A stretch of DNA of 61,887 nucleotides, filler included, from Kipferlia bialata (Eukaryota), in NCBI GenBank assembly GCA_003568945.1. It is 3 parts of 3 records of this genome, joined end to end, with 100 filler letters (N's around TTAATTAATTAA, not from the genome) between each part and the next. Parts side by side here need not be neighbours in the genome. Positions count along the whole stretch, not along the records: positions 1 to 20,596 come from BDIP01000099.1; positions 20,697 to 52,406 come from BDIP01000100.1; 1 more part is not named here. The stretch is one strand, 5' to 3'. Positions 12,510-25,767 of this stretch are shown piece after piece (positions within the stretch are counted from its first letter, which is position 1; each line of letters begins with the position of its first letter). The translations under genes and the position numbers were made by a program. The notes beneath the pieces were generated by a model that did not search any database, was not told the DNA's origin, and saw nothing but the letters and a program-made list of their open reading frames with translations.

Positions 12510-13899
12510 ATGGCCAAGAAGCAGCTGCTTGACATCACACAGGGTAGGTTTTGTAGTGTTATGTACTAGTTAGGTTTGGTTTACAGTGTTCTTTGCATTC
12601 CTTCTGCAAGTATTTCCCAATGTATCATACTGATTCTCAGCTCCCTCTGGTGGAGACCAGTGGGACGAGGAGGATGATCTGGAGCAGTTCAACACTGCTC
12701 CTCCCGCCCCTGCTCGTGGTTCCGGGTCTTTCCAGTCCTCTAGGGGTTCCTCCGGATACGGCAGCTCTTCTGGTGGATACGGTGGCTCCTCCGGCGGATA
12801 CGGCAGCTCTTCTGGTGGATACGGCAGCTCTTCTGGTGGATACGGCAGCTCTTCTGGTGGATACGGAGGCTCCTCTGGTGGATACGGAGGCCGTTCCACC
12901 TCCTACAACGACTACCAGGAGACATTTGAGGTACCCAGCCGCCCCCCCTATGGAGTGCTGATCCGCAACCTTCCCTACGAGACTACCATGGAGGACATTG
13001 GCATGTTCCTGGAGCAGCAGTACCAGATCAATGACATGGACAAGATCGTGATGCATGTCAACAAGGACACAGGCGAGGCCAGAGGCTGGGCCACTGTCAT
13101 CATCAAGACCCCCGAGTCGATGCAGAAGCTCCTCGACCTCAACAACACCAGCTTCCAGGGCAGACCCATGCTCATCAAGCCAGAGAGGCAGGACATCCTC
13201 GAGCGCCAGTGTGGCCAGCAGCAGAGGGGAGGATTCGGCCAGCAGAGGGGAGGATACGGCCAGACCAGGGCTGGAGCCTTCGCCCCCCCAGGCGGCTTCT
13301 CCCGTGAGGGAATGGGTACCGGCACCTCCGCTGCCGAGAAGCGTGCTGCCCACCAGGCTGAGCGCCGTGCTTACTACGAGAGCCAGCGCCCCGAGGGATC
13401 CACCTCCACCTTCCGCTCCACCAACTCCTTCCAGGCCCCTGCCAGGGCTGAGCCTGCCGGCCCCGTCGACATGAGCGCCAAGCCCAGGGCTGCCCCAGCC
13501 GAGAGGAAGCCCAAGGCCAACCCCTTCGGAGCCGCTGCCCCCGTCGAGACTGTCGATGTGTGGGCCACCCCTTCCTCTGTGCAGCAGAGGCCTGCCAGGC
13601 GCGAGAGAACCGCCCCTGAGGAGAAGAAGAAGGCCGACCGCTTTGGATCTGCCCGCAGCATGGACTGGGTACGGGGGTTGTATCACGCAAGTTAGGTGTC
13701 TGTTATACTGTATATCGTTATGTGCTAACCCCAGGGCCGCACCAACCTGAGCACCGAGCCCAAGAAGGCCCCCAAGAAGGAGGAGGCCAAGGAGGCTCCC
13801 AAGCCCAAGGCCGCCCCCAAGGCCGCCCCCGCCAAGGAGGCCCCCGCCAAGTCTGCCACCAAGGCCAGCCACTGGGGTGCCCTCAAGAGGGAGGAGTAA
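12510..13899 (+). CDS. eIF4B/eIF4H-like RRM translation factor
   Basis: Exons 12510-12543, 12641-13668, 13735-13899. N-terminal WDEEDD, VPSRPPYGVLIRNLPY RRM, and a KANPFGAAAPVET motif typical of eIF4B. Strong codon bias. Confidence 0.8.
12746..12890 (+). repeat. 21-bp coding tandem repeat (GGATACGGCAGCTCTTCTGGT, about 6-7 copies) encoding GYGSSSG
   Basis: Direct observation. Confidence 0.95.
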
Positions 13900-14201
13900 G
13901 GACCTGGGGTATAGGGTGTCAGAGGACTGGTGACAGGTTGTGTTTGTATCTGTAGGTGTCCTGTTTGTTTTGTCTTGAGCCTCAGGGTGTTTCTGGTATG
14001 GCGTCGGGGTCTATTTGCCGGTTTTAGCACGATCCTCGCGTCTATTGGGGTTCATATGCTCTCTAAATTGAAGTACTGATGGATTTTCGTACTGATGGGG
14101 TTGTTATGATGTTTGTGATTGCTGACCACTATCTATTTGTGATACTATTGGTTGAATGACAGAAATACGGAAACATGAGACATGGAACCATTGTCCGACC
14201 T

Positions 14202-15442
14202 CTACACTGCGTCATGGATACTGGCAAGGAAGGCGTCGTGCTTGCTGATACCCTTCCTGACCTTTGCTAACTGGGCCTTCCACTCGTCAGTCATCACCAC
14301 CCTCAGGACCCTCCCCTCCACCTGCACAGCCACTCTGGCCCCAATCAGCAGCTCAGACGCGGCATGGGCCCTGTCCTTGTGGTACTCAGAGACAGGGGTG
14401 GGACGCCGAGCAGACCACCGGCACCACTGCCCGTGCAGTCTGGTGGGGTCAGATGGGATGGCGAAGTCCGGCTTGGTCCTGACCCTCATGTCTGACCCCA
14501 GGGCAGACAGGGTCCTGGGGTGAGAGGGGAGGGGGGGGGGGGGGCACGCACCGCCCTGGAGAGACACTCTGTACCTAGGCATCCTCCAGATGTCTGCCTC
14601 CTCACTGTCTACTGTGGGCCCTGACTGGACCCTGGCCTGTCTGTGGGCCTCCTTCTCTATGGTGTCTCTGACCACCACATTGCTCAGCTCACACACTGAC
14701 ACACCGTGGTGGGTCTTGTAGGGGATCTCCTTGGGGGCCACTGTGTAGCCCTCACTTCCCTTGTCCTTGTAGATGCGCCTGTGCAGAGGGTACAGACGCC
14801 GGAACTGGAGTCAGGAACAACACGTAACAATCACAATGAGATATATAATGACACGAGTCAAACTCTTATACTGTAGATAGGGGACACAACATCCACCGCA
14901 GGTACCTGCCCTGGTGGTATGCCCTTGCTCTCCTGCATCTGGGACACAACCTGGAGTAAGGGGAAGAGGGCGAGAGAGTGACTTGGATAGACGTGAGGGA
15001 GGGAGGGAGGGAGAGATGATAGTAATACGACAGCACACATTATAGGTACCCAAAGGCGACTGAAAGGAAAAGGTTGGAGACGTTGTATAGAACAGCATGC
15101 CACACACAACCGAAGCAACATAGAGCATATATGTCGTACCCGTACTATATGGGGGTGTGCGATAGGGGTAGCTCCGGTGTGCTCCGCTGGGACCGTGCCG
15201 ATCCTTCCGTCATGCCAGGCAGAAGCTGTGTCCATGCCGCACAGGACACGGGGGATGAGGGCGCCATTCCTCTCCGGCACTGGGGCCATGGTCTTGTTCT
15301 CGGGGACAGGCACAGCCACTCCGGCACCAAGCCTGTGACGCAACCGCCTGCCCCACTGAGTCCTCCGATAGGACTCCTCAACCTGCCCGGGCTTGGCCGT
15401 CACGGCACCGTACAGGGCGAGCTGCTCGCTACTTATCACCAT
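14202..15442 (-). CDS. Hypothetical basic protein, about 4 exons
   Basis: GC-rich ORF segments (MVISSEQLALYG..., ...KHDAFLASIHDAV*) separated by GT..CAG introns. Confidence 0.6.
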
Positions 15443-15684
15443 GGCTTGGAGAGTCTCTACTGAGTCTACTAAGTCAACTGAGTCTACTGAGCCAGGAGGG
15501 ACCTCAACTCCCAGCGGTGTGGGTTCAGCCAGCTAGAGAGAATAAGTATGGACAATTATAGGGTATGTGGTGATAAGTGCTAAAACACTCGACTTTTGAA
15601 CTTAGGACTCAACAAACACCAACACTCATATATAAGCTTACTTCTCCACACCCACATACATATACGGAACATAACCGAACTCCG

Positions 15685-16146
15685 ATGGAGGGAGGTCATC
15701 GTATGATGGGGAACGTGACCTACAATTCACCGGACCTAATCATGCCCCTGCTACTCGGGACTCCCAGTTCCAGATTCAGAGCCAGGGTTGGCCCGTTCTT
15801 CATATATACCCAGGGGGTAGCTCATCTGTACTATACAACCAGGTCCCACGCTCTGGTTAGAGTGAAGGCGTCCAGCCTTGGTACCAGGTAGGGTCAGACT
15901 CTTAGTGTTTATGAAATTTATTGACGTGTCTACCTTCTTCTATAGTCGTCTTCAGAATACAACAACTACTATGAAATATTGTGGTATGTCCATTGTCTTT
16001 ATAGGAATTGTTAGGCTCAGCCTGGTATTTCTCTGTCCGGCGTCTATCTCACCCCAGCATCATCAGTTCTCTGTTTCTGAGTTGTCGTGATGCCAACCGG
16101 AGCAGCCTCGCCGCTCTTGCATCCAAGCTCGACCTGCCCTTCCTAG
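15685..16146 (+). CDS. Possible 5' part of a hypothetical gene running into the gap
   Basis: ATG-led ORF to a donor near 15888, then a phase-compatible exon 16058-16146 after ctcaccccag. Confidence 0.35.
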
Positions 16147-16230
16147 GTACTCTAATTGGCACCTGAGTCTTCATCGAATTATATATGACTCACTTGATAT
16201 CCCCCCCCCCCCCCCCCCCCCTGACTCCCC

Positions 16231-16606
16231 NNNNNNNNNNNNNNNNNNNNNNNNNNNNNNNNNNNNNNNNNNNNNNNNNNNNNNNNNNNNNNNNNNNNNN
16301 NNNNNNNNNNNNNNNNNNNNNNNNNNNNNNNNNNNNNNNNNNNNNNNNNNNNNNNNNNNNNNNNNNNNNNNNNNNNNNNNNNNNNNNNNNNNNNNNNNNN
16401 NNNNNNNNNNNNNNNNNNNNNNNNNNNNNNNNNNNNNNNNNNNNNNNNNNNNNNNNNNNNNNNNNNNNNNNNNNNNNNNNNNNNNNNNNNNNNNNNNNNN
16501 NNNNNNNNNNNNNNNNNNNNNNNNNNNNNNNNNNNNNNNNNNNNNNNNNNNNNNNNNNNNNNNNNNNNNNNNNNNNNNNNNNNNNNNNNNNNNNNNNNNN
16601 NNNNNN
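16231..16606. other. Assembly gap (N run) flanked by poly-C/poly-G
   Basis: Direct observation. Confidence 0.99.
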
Positions 16607-16617
16607 GGGGGGGGGGG

Positions 16618-16653
<36 letters not shown>

Positions 16654-16721
16654 TCCACACTATCAAGAGAGTTATGCATCAATCCTCAGCTGTATACATC
16701 TCTCTCTACTCCCCTCCTCAC

Positions 16722-16864
16722 CTGCTAAAGTTGTGGCTGCGCCTCACTAGCTCATACTCACTGTCCTGCAGGGACTCACTGCCCTTCTCCTCCACAACAG
16801 CCGCAAACTCACTGAGCCTCCGAGAGAACTCTGCCGGCTTGAGGGTGGTGTTGTGTGTGGACAT
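16722..16864 (-). CDS. Exon of a hypothetical gene running into the gap
   Basis: MSTHNTTLKPAEFSRRLSEFAAVVEEKGSESLQDSEYELVRRSHNFS, then a GTGAG donor. Confidence 0.45.
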
Positions 16865-17295
16865 GGTCCAGACACCACAGGGGGGGTCAGGCTAGGTGGT
16901 AGTCTCTGGCTTCCTACTCTATCTGCTTCTCAGGTCTATTTGGTATCACTCTGGGCAACAGTGCCCACGTCTCTGGTTGGTAGACCCCCAGGCGGTACCA
17001 CGGGTACCAGAAGAGCCGCTGGGTCGCTACAGAGTACAGTTATACTGGGTGAAGGAAGGCCATGCAACTGACCATAATTTGCCTTGCAAATCCCAAGAAT
17101 AGAGGATTTGAGGGTTTAACTAAATTGGACAATAAACTTGTCACAGTGACATGACGTCTTCGAAGACTGTCATACATATTTAAAGACTTTAGACTGTCTG
17201 TCTATTGACACACAGCATCCAATATACAGGGATAGCTCTTGAATGACATAACTATCAGCAGGAAACACACTTGACACAAAAAGATACCGAATACA

Positions 17296-17467
17296 CTAAA
17301 CCCTTCCTCCCACGCCTACTCCTATGCCTACTCCTGTATGTGTGCCCTGACCGTGCCCAGGATGGGTCTGGTGACAGCTATGGTGGGCTGCCTCATCCTG
17401 CCGTACATGGCTGACTCCCTCTCCTGGGCTGCTAGCTGCTGAGACAACAGCCTGGAGTGAGAGAGGG

Positions 17468-17498
<31 letters not shown>

Positions 17499-19738
17499 GA
17501 CTGTGTGTGTGTGCCCACCTCCTATGCTCCTGGTCGGACACAGTGTTGGGTGTATTGGCCAGTCTCCTATTCCTGGCTACTCTCCGTCTCTCCCCAGGTG
17601 TCTCCCCTCCCTCCCCCTCCCCCTCCTCTGTCTCTCCCCTGGCCCTACTAGACACATGGCCTGGCAGCATGTCAATGGCACCCCTCTCCTGCACAGTCAG
17701 AAGGCTGTGTCTGTACATAATGACATAGTGTGAAGGGTCAGTGCAATCATACAGTATAGCCACCCCCACCTGTCTGAGTGCCTGCCTCTGCTCTGTGGTG
17801 GCCCTTCTCAGTATGGCCTCCAGGTGGCACAGACGGTGGGCATACTCCTAATCATGAGACACAGTCATACAGAGTCAGTGTACACTATGTATATACACCC
17901 ACCTTGATGTCCCCCCTGCCCATCCTCTCTCTCAGCAGGGCAGGGCCTGACATGGAGGAGTAGTCAGGCCGGGCACCCTCCCCCTCACTCCTATCTCCTC
18001 CCTCTGATAGTAGTGCCTTCATCTCCTGTCTAGCCTTCCTAGTCTGGGGCAGTGTCTTCGGCATGTCTAGCTGACAGGACTGGTAGATGCAGCCCCTCGC
18101 AGCAGTCAGCTGGTCTGGGGTTGGATCATGTCAGATAGATAGAGAGAGAGGGTTTCAATACATACTATATACACGTACCCAGCTTGTGCCTGAGCCCCTC
18201 TATCCTGTCCAGTGTGACTGGGATGGCACTGCATAGAGAGTCAGCCTGGGCAGACAGCCCAATAAGAGTGTCAATCTCCTCACGAGGCAGGTCCTGGGGT
18301 GAGGTGGTATACACACCGGGTGTTCATCACATATGCATACACCTCCTACACCCACCTGTACACTGAGGCCTAGTCTGGTTGGGATACCGCGGCTGGTACC
18401 TAGGGGTCAGTAGTGTACATGGTTATACTGATCAAGGGGAACATGTATTCAGGTGTATGTGCGTATATGTCGATATACCTGGGTACTCCCCCACCATGGC
18501 CTGTCTCAGATTGAGGTCAGCTGGGGGCCTGGGTGTCAGAAGCAGTGGCAGGGTATGTAAGACAGGTAGAGAGGCTTGTGTGTGTATACCTGACGTCTGC
18601 CGGGAGGGGCACATCCTTGGCCCCAGGCACACTCTCCAGTGCAGACACCCTAACAGTCAGACACACAGAGAGAGGGGTGTCAGGATACATACGCTCACAC
18701 AGTCCTGGGCTGTCCTACCTTGAGTAGAGGGTGGCCATCTTCTGGGCCTTCCTCTGCTGCACATAGCCTTCCTGCCTGACATTGGGGTATAGTGAGAGAG
18801 AGAGAGTAAGAGAGCGAGTGTGTCCACGTGTGTGTAATCCATACCTCTTGTGCATCTTTGCATATGCCGATGCCTTGGGCATGTCTAGACTGGCAACACG
18901 GGCCTTGACCTCAGCTGCCCTTGGGTGAGAGAGAGATAGAGAGAGAGAGAAAGGGATAGAGTATGTGTGCACTCCCCATACCTGTTCCTAGCATATGCAG
19001 AGGGTCTCTTCATGGGGGCAGTCCGGCACTGAGGTGAACAGAGGGAGAGAGAGAGAGGCACCATATCCGTAGTCTGTCCCATATACACTACATACACCCT
19101 ACCTTGATGGATGTGTCTCTGTGTGCCCTAGAGGCCTCAGGTCTCTGCCGGGTAACAGTCACCTCAGACTGCCTCAGATGCAGCGGGAGCGGCTTCATGA
19201 CCTGGGAGAAGAGATGTAGGTGGTATATCATCCATATACTGGTGAACATGAGAGTGACTGGGAAGGGTATCTGATTACACGTACGTGTGCATCGATGTCT
19301 GGCGACACCTCCAGCTGGGACCTGGTGGGGTGGTGGGGGGGCAGTCTGCGTCTGGCACGAGGGACAGCGGGAGAGGAGAACTGAGTGAGACAAATGGAGT
19401 ACCAAAGCTTAATCGAGTCAATAGTCACTGACCCCCATATACGCTCTTTCAGCCGCACTGGTTCTACTAGCAACATTATCACTCTTCTACACTTAGTAAG
19501 AAATATAGACCCACTGAGAGTGACAGTGGTGCCAGATGGCCAAATAGAATCATATATATAGCAAGTAAGTGTCAACTATGTATACAATGCACTCTGTAAG
19601 TCCAACACACCTGAGACTGACGCTGGAACCGGCGGACATAACTGTCGTCCTGGGCAGGCATCCCTCTCTCTGCCTCTCTCTGCCGTGTGGTATAGCGGCA
19701 CTAGGGATAGGTGGCACTAGAGAAACTGCACTTGGCAT
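17296..19738 (-). CDS. Hypothetical basic, low-complexity multi-exon protein
   Basis: Many short GC-rich exons bounded by GT and ctcacccc(c/t)ag, from MPSAVSLVPP to GVGIGVGVGGRV*. Phases were not all checked. Confidence 0.6.
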
Positions 19739-19910
19739 GAAGATTACAAGACAAGGCAAACAGAAACATCGAGGGTCCAGTCACATGAAGGACGACTCAC
19801 TCTCCTATAGACTGCAACTTGAGAGGCTCTCTACCCCCTGTGGATACAGTCACTCAAGGAACAACCTGTTATTTACCAGAAGACCATTGAGTGGGTACTG
19901 AGTGCATACC

Positions 19911-20463
19911 ATGGAGGCCTCTCCGGCCCTGGCTGACAGACTGCAGCTGCTGAAGATACTCAAGGTATGGGAGAGGAGAGAGTCGGTGGTTCTTCATATA
20001 CGACACGCACCACTTGACAACCCTGTAGTATTACCATCGGTGATGTGCTGAAGCGTGTCTACGTGCTTACTGTTACAATAGGAGGTGGTCTAACAGTGAT
20101 TATCCTTGTCACTCTCTTCTACTCTGTCCTGTAGTGTATCTTAGGTGACTCATCCCAGCGTCAATACCTTGTGTGTCGGGATCTTAGTCCACCAGGATGT
20201 GTGCTTGGTATGTTGGTCATGGCTATAGTCTGTAGCAGTGTTCGTATCCTGCGTCCAAACTGTGTTCATTTTCTCTTCACCCTCTAACCCAGTCCCATCC
20301 CCCGTGTCCGTCTATGTCTGGGACGGAATGCTCTATGTTAACGTAAGAGGTGAGTAGCTTTAGTGTTTCCCCCACATATCTGATTGTATATTCCTTCCTT
20401 CTCACTGTCAGACGGGTCTCCCTATGACGGTGCCTTGCTACACTTCAGCATCACTTTCCCAAG
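19911..20463 (+). CDS. Ubiquitin-conjugating (E2) fold protein, AKTIP/FTS-like, 3' partial
   Basis: Spliced: MEASPALADRLQLLKILK|CILGDSSQRQYLVCRDLSPPGCVL|VPSPVSVYVWDGMLYVNVR|DGSPYDGALLHFSITFP. Confidence 0.7.
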
Positions 20464-20556
20464 GTGGGGGTGTCCTAGATGCATCGTCGGATACCCATGT
20501 TTCTCCCACCATTGTCCTCTAACCCCAATCGCTTCTTTCCCGGCTCTCTCTCTCTC

Positions 20557-20596
<40 letters not shown>

Positions 20597-20696
20597 NNNN
20601 NNNNNNNNNNNNNNNNNNNNNNNNNNNNNNNNNNNNNNNNTTAATTAATTAANNNNNNNNNNNNNNNNNNNNNNNNNNNNNNNNNNNNNNNNNNNN
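20597..20696. other. Artificial contig linker N44-TTAATTAATTAA-N44
   Basis: Exactly 100 nt with a six-frame stop cassette. Identical copy at 52407-52506. Confidence 0.97.
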
Positions 20697-21161
20697 GCTC
20701 ATCATAGAGGGTTGCTTCGAGGTATGATTGTCCCCGCCCCCCCCCCCGGGACCCAATCTCCCTTCTTCTATCTCTTACCCGTCATGTTCTTTTCGATCTG
20801 ACAATTACTAGATCTAGTATGAATACCTTCCCATCCTTTGAAATGTCACACCGATTTGCAGATCAGTCTATCCTCTAGCCTATTCTACATACACCATGTA
20901 CACACTGTATGAAGTAACACAATACTGTTGAATGGGGTAACAGTAGCTATTAGCCTCCCACCCCCCACCCCCCACCCATCCCTCTCTCTCCCTCTCGCTC
21001 TCTCCCTCCGCCCAATTCTTTCTTGCTCTCTCTATCTCTCTACTCATCACAGTGTATGTCTCCTGGTGCTCCTCTCTCTTTCTCTCTCTCTCTCTCATCA
21101 GTGGCTCTCTCTATCAATCTATCTATATATATAGAGATAGCTAGATACATCTCATACCCAG

Positions 21162-22120
21162 GCTGTATGTCTCCTGGTACTGATTGTCAGCGAGGTCCTG
21201 GTGTGCCTGAAGAGGGTGAGTTCTCTCTCTCTCTCTCTCTCGAACTCCCTCACCGCCCCCCCTCTATGTATCTAATGGATGATAATGATCACATATTGTT
21301 TTGCGTTCAATTCTTCTCCACTCTTTTTATACTCTTTGTCTCGATCTAACCTCAGGTCAACCACATGTCCCTCTTTGGCAGCAGACTCACCCTGGAGGGA
21401 AGGTATTGATGTATAGTGTACTATGTATACATTCACATACAGTGTGCACTATACTGTACATATTTTTATACAGTAATAGTAATAGCTCCTTGTCTCTCTT
21501 TGGCAGCAGACTCACCCTGGAGGGGAGGTATTCATAGTGCAGTATACATAAACCATCAGCAAATGTTACTATAATGACTGGTAGTGATGCACTACGTGGT
21601 TCTATTGAGTGACATCTCCAAGCTCTCTCTCCCCCTCTCTCTCCCCCTTACCCAAAGTATCATGAGTGATATCTCCAAGCTCCGGTCCATCATGTTCTAT
21701 GGGGTACCGGTGCTGCTTGGACTGTGTCTGTGTGTGGATGTTAGGTACGCTGCATAGATCCACTTCCTATACAGATATATATGTGGACTGTGTGACAACA
21801 TGTAGTAGTCTATAATATATATTTGTTCCCATACGAACCATATATATGCATATACGTACCATGCCCCAAGGGACGTTTCCAGATATCCATATATCCAATG
21901 TATCCACTTGTATATACCCTTACCCCAGAGATGGTGCCACCCCCCAGATGGAGGCAGATACCACACAGACTCTCTCTCTCTCTCTCTGTATATACATATA
22001 TGACAGGCAGATCATCTGCCAGATGTTCTCTCTTTCTCTTTAAATTCAATATATGTATGTATATATCCCCTTACCCTCAGGGACGGTGCCACCCCCCAGA
22101 TGGAGGCAGATGTATGTTAT

Positions 22121-22167
<47 letters not shown>

Positions 22168-22925
22168 CATCTATATATATATATGTATATATCTATGTAT
22201 CTAATACCTCTAGGGATGGTGCCACCCCCCAGATGGAGGCCGATGTCAACTCGGTGGGGTTCATGGTACAGGTACAGTGGTAGTGATAGATATTACAGAG
22301 GTAAAGCATTAGTATAGGAACAATGTATGTATATAAATGCTAATATGTATATATACAGTATATGTATATGTATGTCAACTCAGTGAGATTCATGGTGCAG
22401 GTATGGTAGTATACAGTGTATACTATACACTGTAACAGGGTTTCTGTGACATTATTCTATAATATTCAAGCAGACCTCTCTCTCCACACCCTTATTCCAG
22501 CGCATGTGGTTCATCGGTGTCACCATCTGCCGCATCTTCGTTCCTGTCTTGGAGCTGTCTTTGTTGGTCGCCGCCATACACTGCGTTATGTGAGTACATA
22601 CTCATTCTATCTCTCTCTGTTTCTCGCTCTCATCCTCGTCTCCGTCAGGAAAGAGTATTATATTCACTCTCTCTCTCTCTCTTTCTCTCTCTCTCCCTAC
22701 ATCCTTTTACCCCAGGTATGCTATTCTGTTCTCAGGCTTTGTCAACCATGCAGTGTGGAGGAAGGTATGTATCCAGAAGTGAATAATAGTACTAGTTGCC
22801 ATATGGATACACTCTATATTAATACACTATAGTGTCTATACTAGCGTGGTCAACCATACAGTATGGAGAAGGGTGAGTCTGCATGCTAGTGTTTATGGTA
22901 TCTTACCCTCTCCTTCCTCTGTCTC

Positions 22926-22971
<46 letters not shown>

Positions 22972-25767
22972 TGTTCGGATACAAGCAGGGATAATCTCTC
23001 ACTATCTGTATCTATCTTGTCTTTCGAATATATACTAACGTGTGGGGGTTATTGGCAGAGAAGACGTTCTATTTTCTGACTCTCTTCCGTGTTATCTGTC
23101 GTATGAGTATATATACGAGTATTCAAGAACTCTTTCTTAAAACAGGTCTCTTCCATCAACATGCTTCCTCATGGAGATGCTATCCTCTCTTGTATATCTG
23201 TGTGTCAATACTACTATTAATATATATAGACAACAACTCTCTCTCTCACACTAGGTCTCATCCATCAACATGCGTGTCTTCCTGGTGGAGATGCTATCCT
23301 TGGGGCTCTTCTCTGCCATACTGCTGGGATACCTGGCCATAAGGTACAGTAACACACCTATCCAATAACATATAGTATATATAGTAAATGTATGTATGTG
23401 TGTCATACCCTAGACTGTCAAGGGTTTCGTCTGAGTCCTTCACACATGTTCTCTCTCTGCATCTTGTACAGAGAAATACAGGGAACGCATAGACTTGGAA
23501 TATGTATCTCACGCCAGACTATCCCGCCTGCCCTCTGAGTCCTATACCAGATTGTGTCTCTCTCTCTCTCCCTGTATCCAATGAATCTATACATCCGTAT
23601 ATATATGTATGGATGTGCATTAACCTTAGACTATCCGGCCTGCCCTCTGAGTCCTATACCAGAGACTGGGTGTATGAAGTGATGGCCATACAGGAGTCAC
23701 TGATAAAGGTATATTTGCATTCATAGACACGTACACATACAAAGAGAGAGAAAGACTGGGTGTATGAAGTGATGGCTATACAGGAGTCACTGATCAAGGT
23801 ACAAAAATTGATACATTCATATATACGCACACATACAGAGAGAGAGAGAGAGAGACTGGGTGTATGAAGTGATGGCCATACAGGAGTCACTGATAAAGGT
23901 ATGAATTTGATTACATAGAGAGAGACACATAAGAGAGAGAAAGAGATGTTCTGGGTGAATGGAGTGATGTCTATTCAAGAACTTTCATCAAGGTACCTGA
24001 ATGCATATGAAGGGGGAGAGAGAGTTGCCATATTCTTTTGGAGGATAATGCCTGATCACCTACAAATGACCATCTATGTCCCGTATGGACCTCCGTTTCG
24101 CTGACTCTCTCTCTCTTTCTGTCATACTCACCCAAGGTCACCCACCAGTGGCCGTCAGTGTTCCGCATTATCATGCTCTCTCTCTAAGTATATATATGTG
24201 TGTGTTTTTCCGAACCTTAGGTGACATACTAGTGACCCTCAGTGATCCCTATCAGCATGCTCCTCTACTTATATATATATATATATATATTAGTATATAT
24301 ACATATGTCAATATGTCTCATTATCCATACCTCACCCAGGTCACGTACCAATGGCCCTCCGTGTTTCGCATCATCATGCTCTCCTACTGCTGTCTCCCAT
24401 GTGTGCAGTATGCCATACTGATAGGCATACTGGTGGTAAAGGGGCACAAGTATAGGTATTGTGTATGTATAGATATATAAAGCGAGATATTCATACATAC
24501 ACATTAATATACATGTCTCTAGACTTTGTGCAGTATGCCATACTGATAGGCATACTTGTAGTCAAGGGACATAAGTATAGGAAAATATTTTTCGCACTTC
24601 TCCTCATGGAGCAGTTACCCACTGCACTCTCAACCTGTGGCTCCATCTCTCTCTGACTCTCCCTACACCTATATACTGGACAACCGGCATGTCTTTGTTT
24701 CCACTACCATTCTCTCTCTCTCCCCCTCTACACCCTTATTCCAGGGAGGGCCCTGGCAAGCATCGACCCCGCTCACCGATATCCCCAAGGTACTGAAATT
24801 TCAAAAATATCTCTCTCTCTCTCGCTCTGTCAATCATTGGAGTACTCTGGAATTTCGGCTTGGTACACTATCCTATCTCTCTGTTTTCTATTCTACAAAT
24901 TCCATGTTATATATTATATTCCATAATATATATTATGTGTTATTTACCATACTAGAGCGTCAAGTTCTCTCTGTGTCTGTCTCTTACTCTCCCTTCCTTA
25001 CCCTAGGATACTTGTCCTCGCCAGCAGCAGTCTCCTATTTGCACTATCCACCCTGGGTACTTTTACTACTCTCTCTATATCTCTCTCTCTTTGTCTCTCC
25101 CTAATAGGCGTCCCTAGTAAGCGTCTTTCTCACTATCGATTCTGTGCTCTATATGTCCTAAAATGTGGTCGACGTTTGCTCGGGTATCTTATCTCCATAC
25201 TTATCACTCTTCCTCTCATATACTGCATATCCCCATACCATTCTTGCTTTGACTTCCAGGCAACCTCACCATCCATGTGGTACTTGGCTTGTCGTTGTCT
25301 CATATTGGTGACCAATTTGGTCTCTAATGTATCCATCTCCATATCTCTCTCTTCCTGTCCAACCCTCAGGTGACTACCTCACCATATACGTGATTGACTC
25401 CTCCCTGACCCTGTATGTGGCCATCTTTTGCTATGACCTCGCTTTCCTGGCCATGATGGTATGCTTCATGCCAGTTAGGGCTAAGGTGATGCAGTTATAA
25501 ATATACACTACATAGATTTGTATATATATACAATATATATACATATAGATGGGTAGGATATGACATATCCTTTCTGGCCATGATGGTATGCTTCATGCCA
25601 GTCAAAGCCAAGGTACTGTATATATTCATATACCATATTATATTTACATATATATATATATACATATATTATATAGCTAGTGGTTAGGCTCTGACTCCCA
25701 GACCCAGGACACTGGCACCAGGGTCAGGTCAGGGTCTACAGTCATGAGGGAGGTAGCCGCGGTGTAG
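21162..25767 (+). CDS. Seven-transmembrane (GPCR-like topology) protein, at least 13 exons, 5' partial
   Basis: Phase-consistent exons starting at 21162, 21356, 21658, 22214, 22501, 22716, 23255, 23630, 24340, 24745, 25007, 25370, 25702 (TAG at 25765-25767). Seven hydrophobic stretches. Confidence 0.7.

Noticed and set aside
12637..13872. 411-aa minus-strand ORF
   Set aside because: It is the antisense shadow of the codon-biased eIF4B-like gene.
15812..15900. tRNA-like GGGGGTAGCTCA...GGTTAGAG
   Set aside because: No T-arm (GTTCRA) or acceptor stem can be formed.
20641..20652. TTAATTAATTAA as a biological motif (also 52451-52462)
   Set aside because: It is centred in identical 100-nt N spacers, so it is a concatenation linker. 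Synteny across it is meaningless.
23655..23995. Regularly spaced ~45-bp repeats resembling a CRISPR array
   Set aside because: The repeats are copies of an exon end plus donor, the spacers are related microsatellite DNA, the context is eukaryotic, and there are no cas genes.
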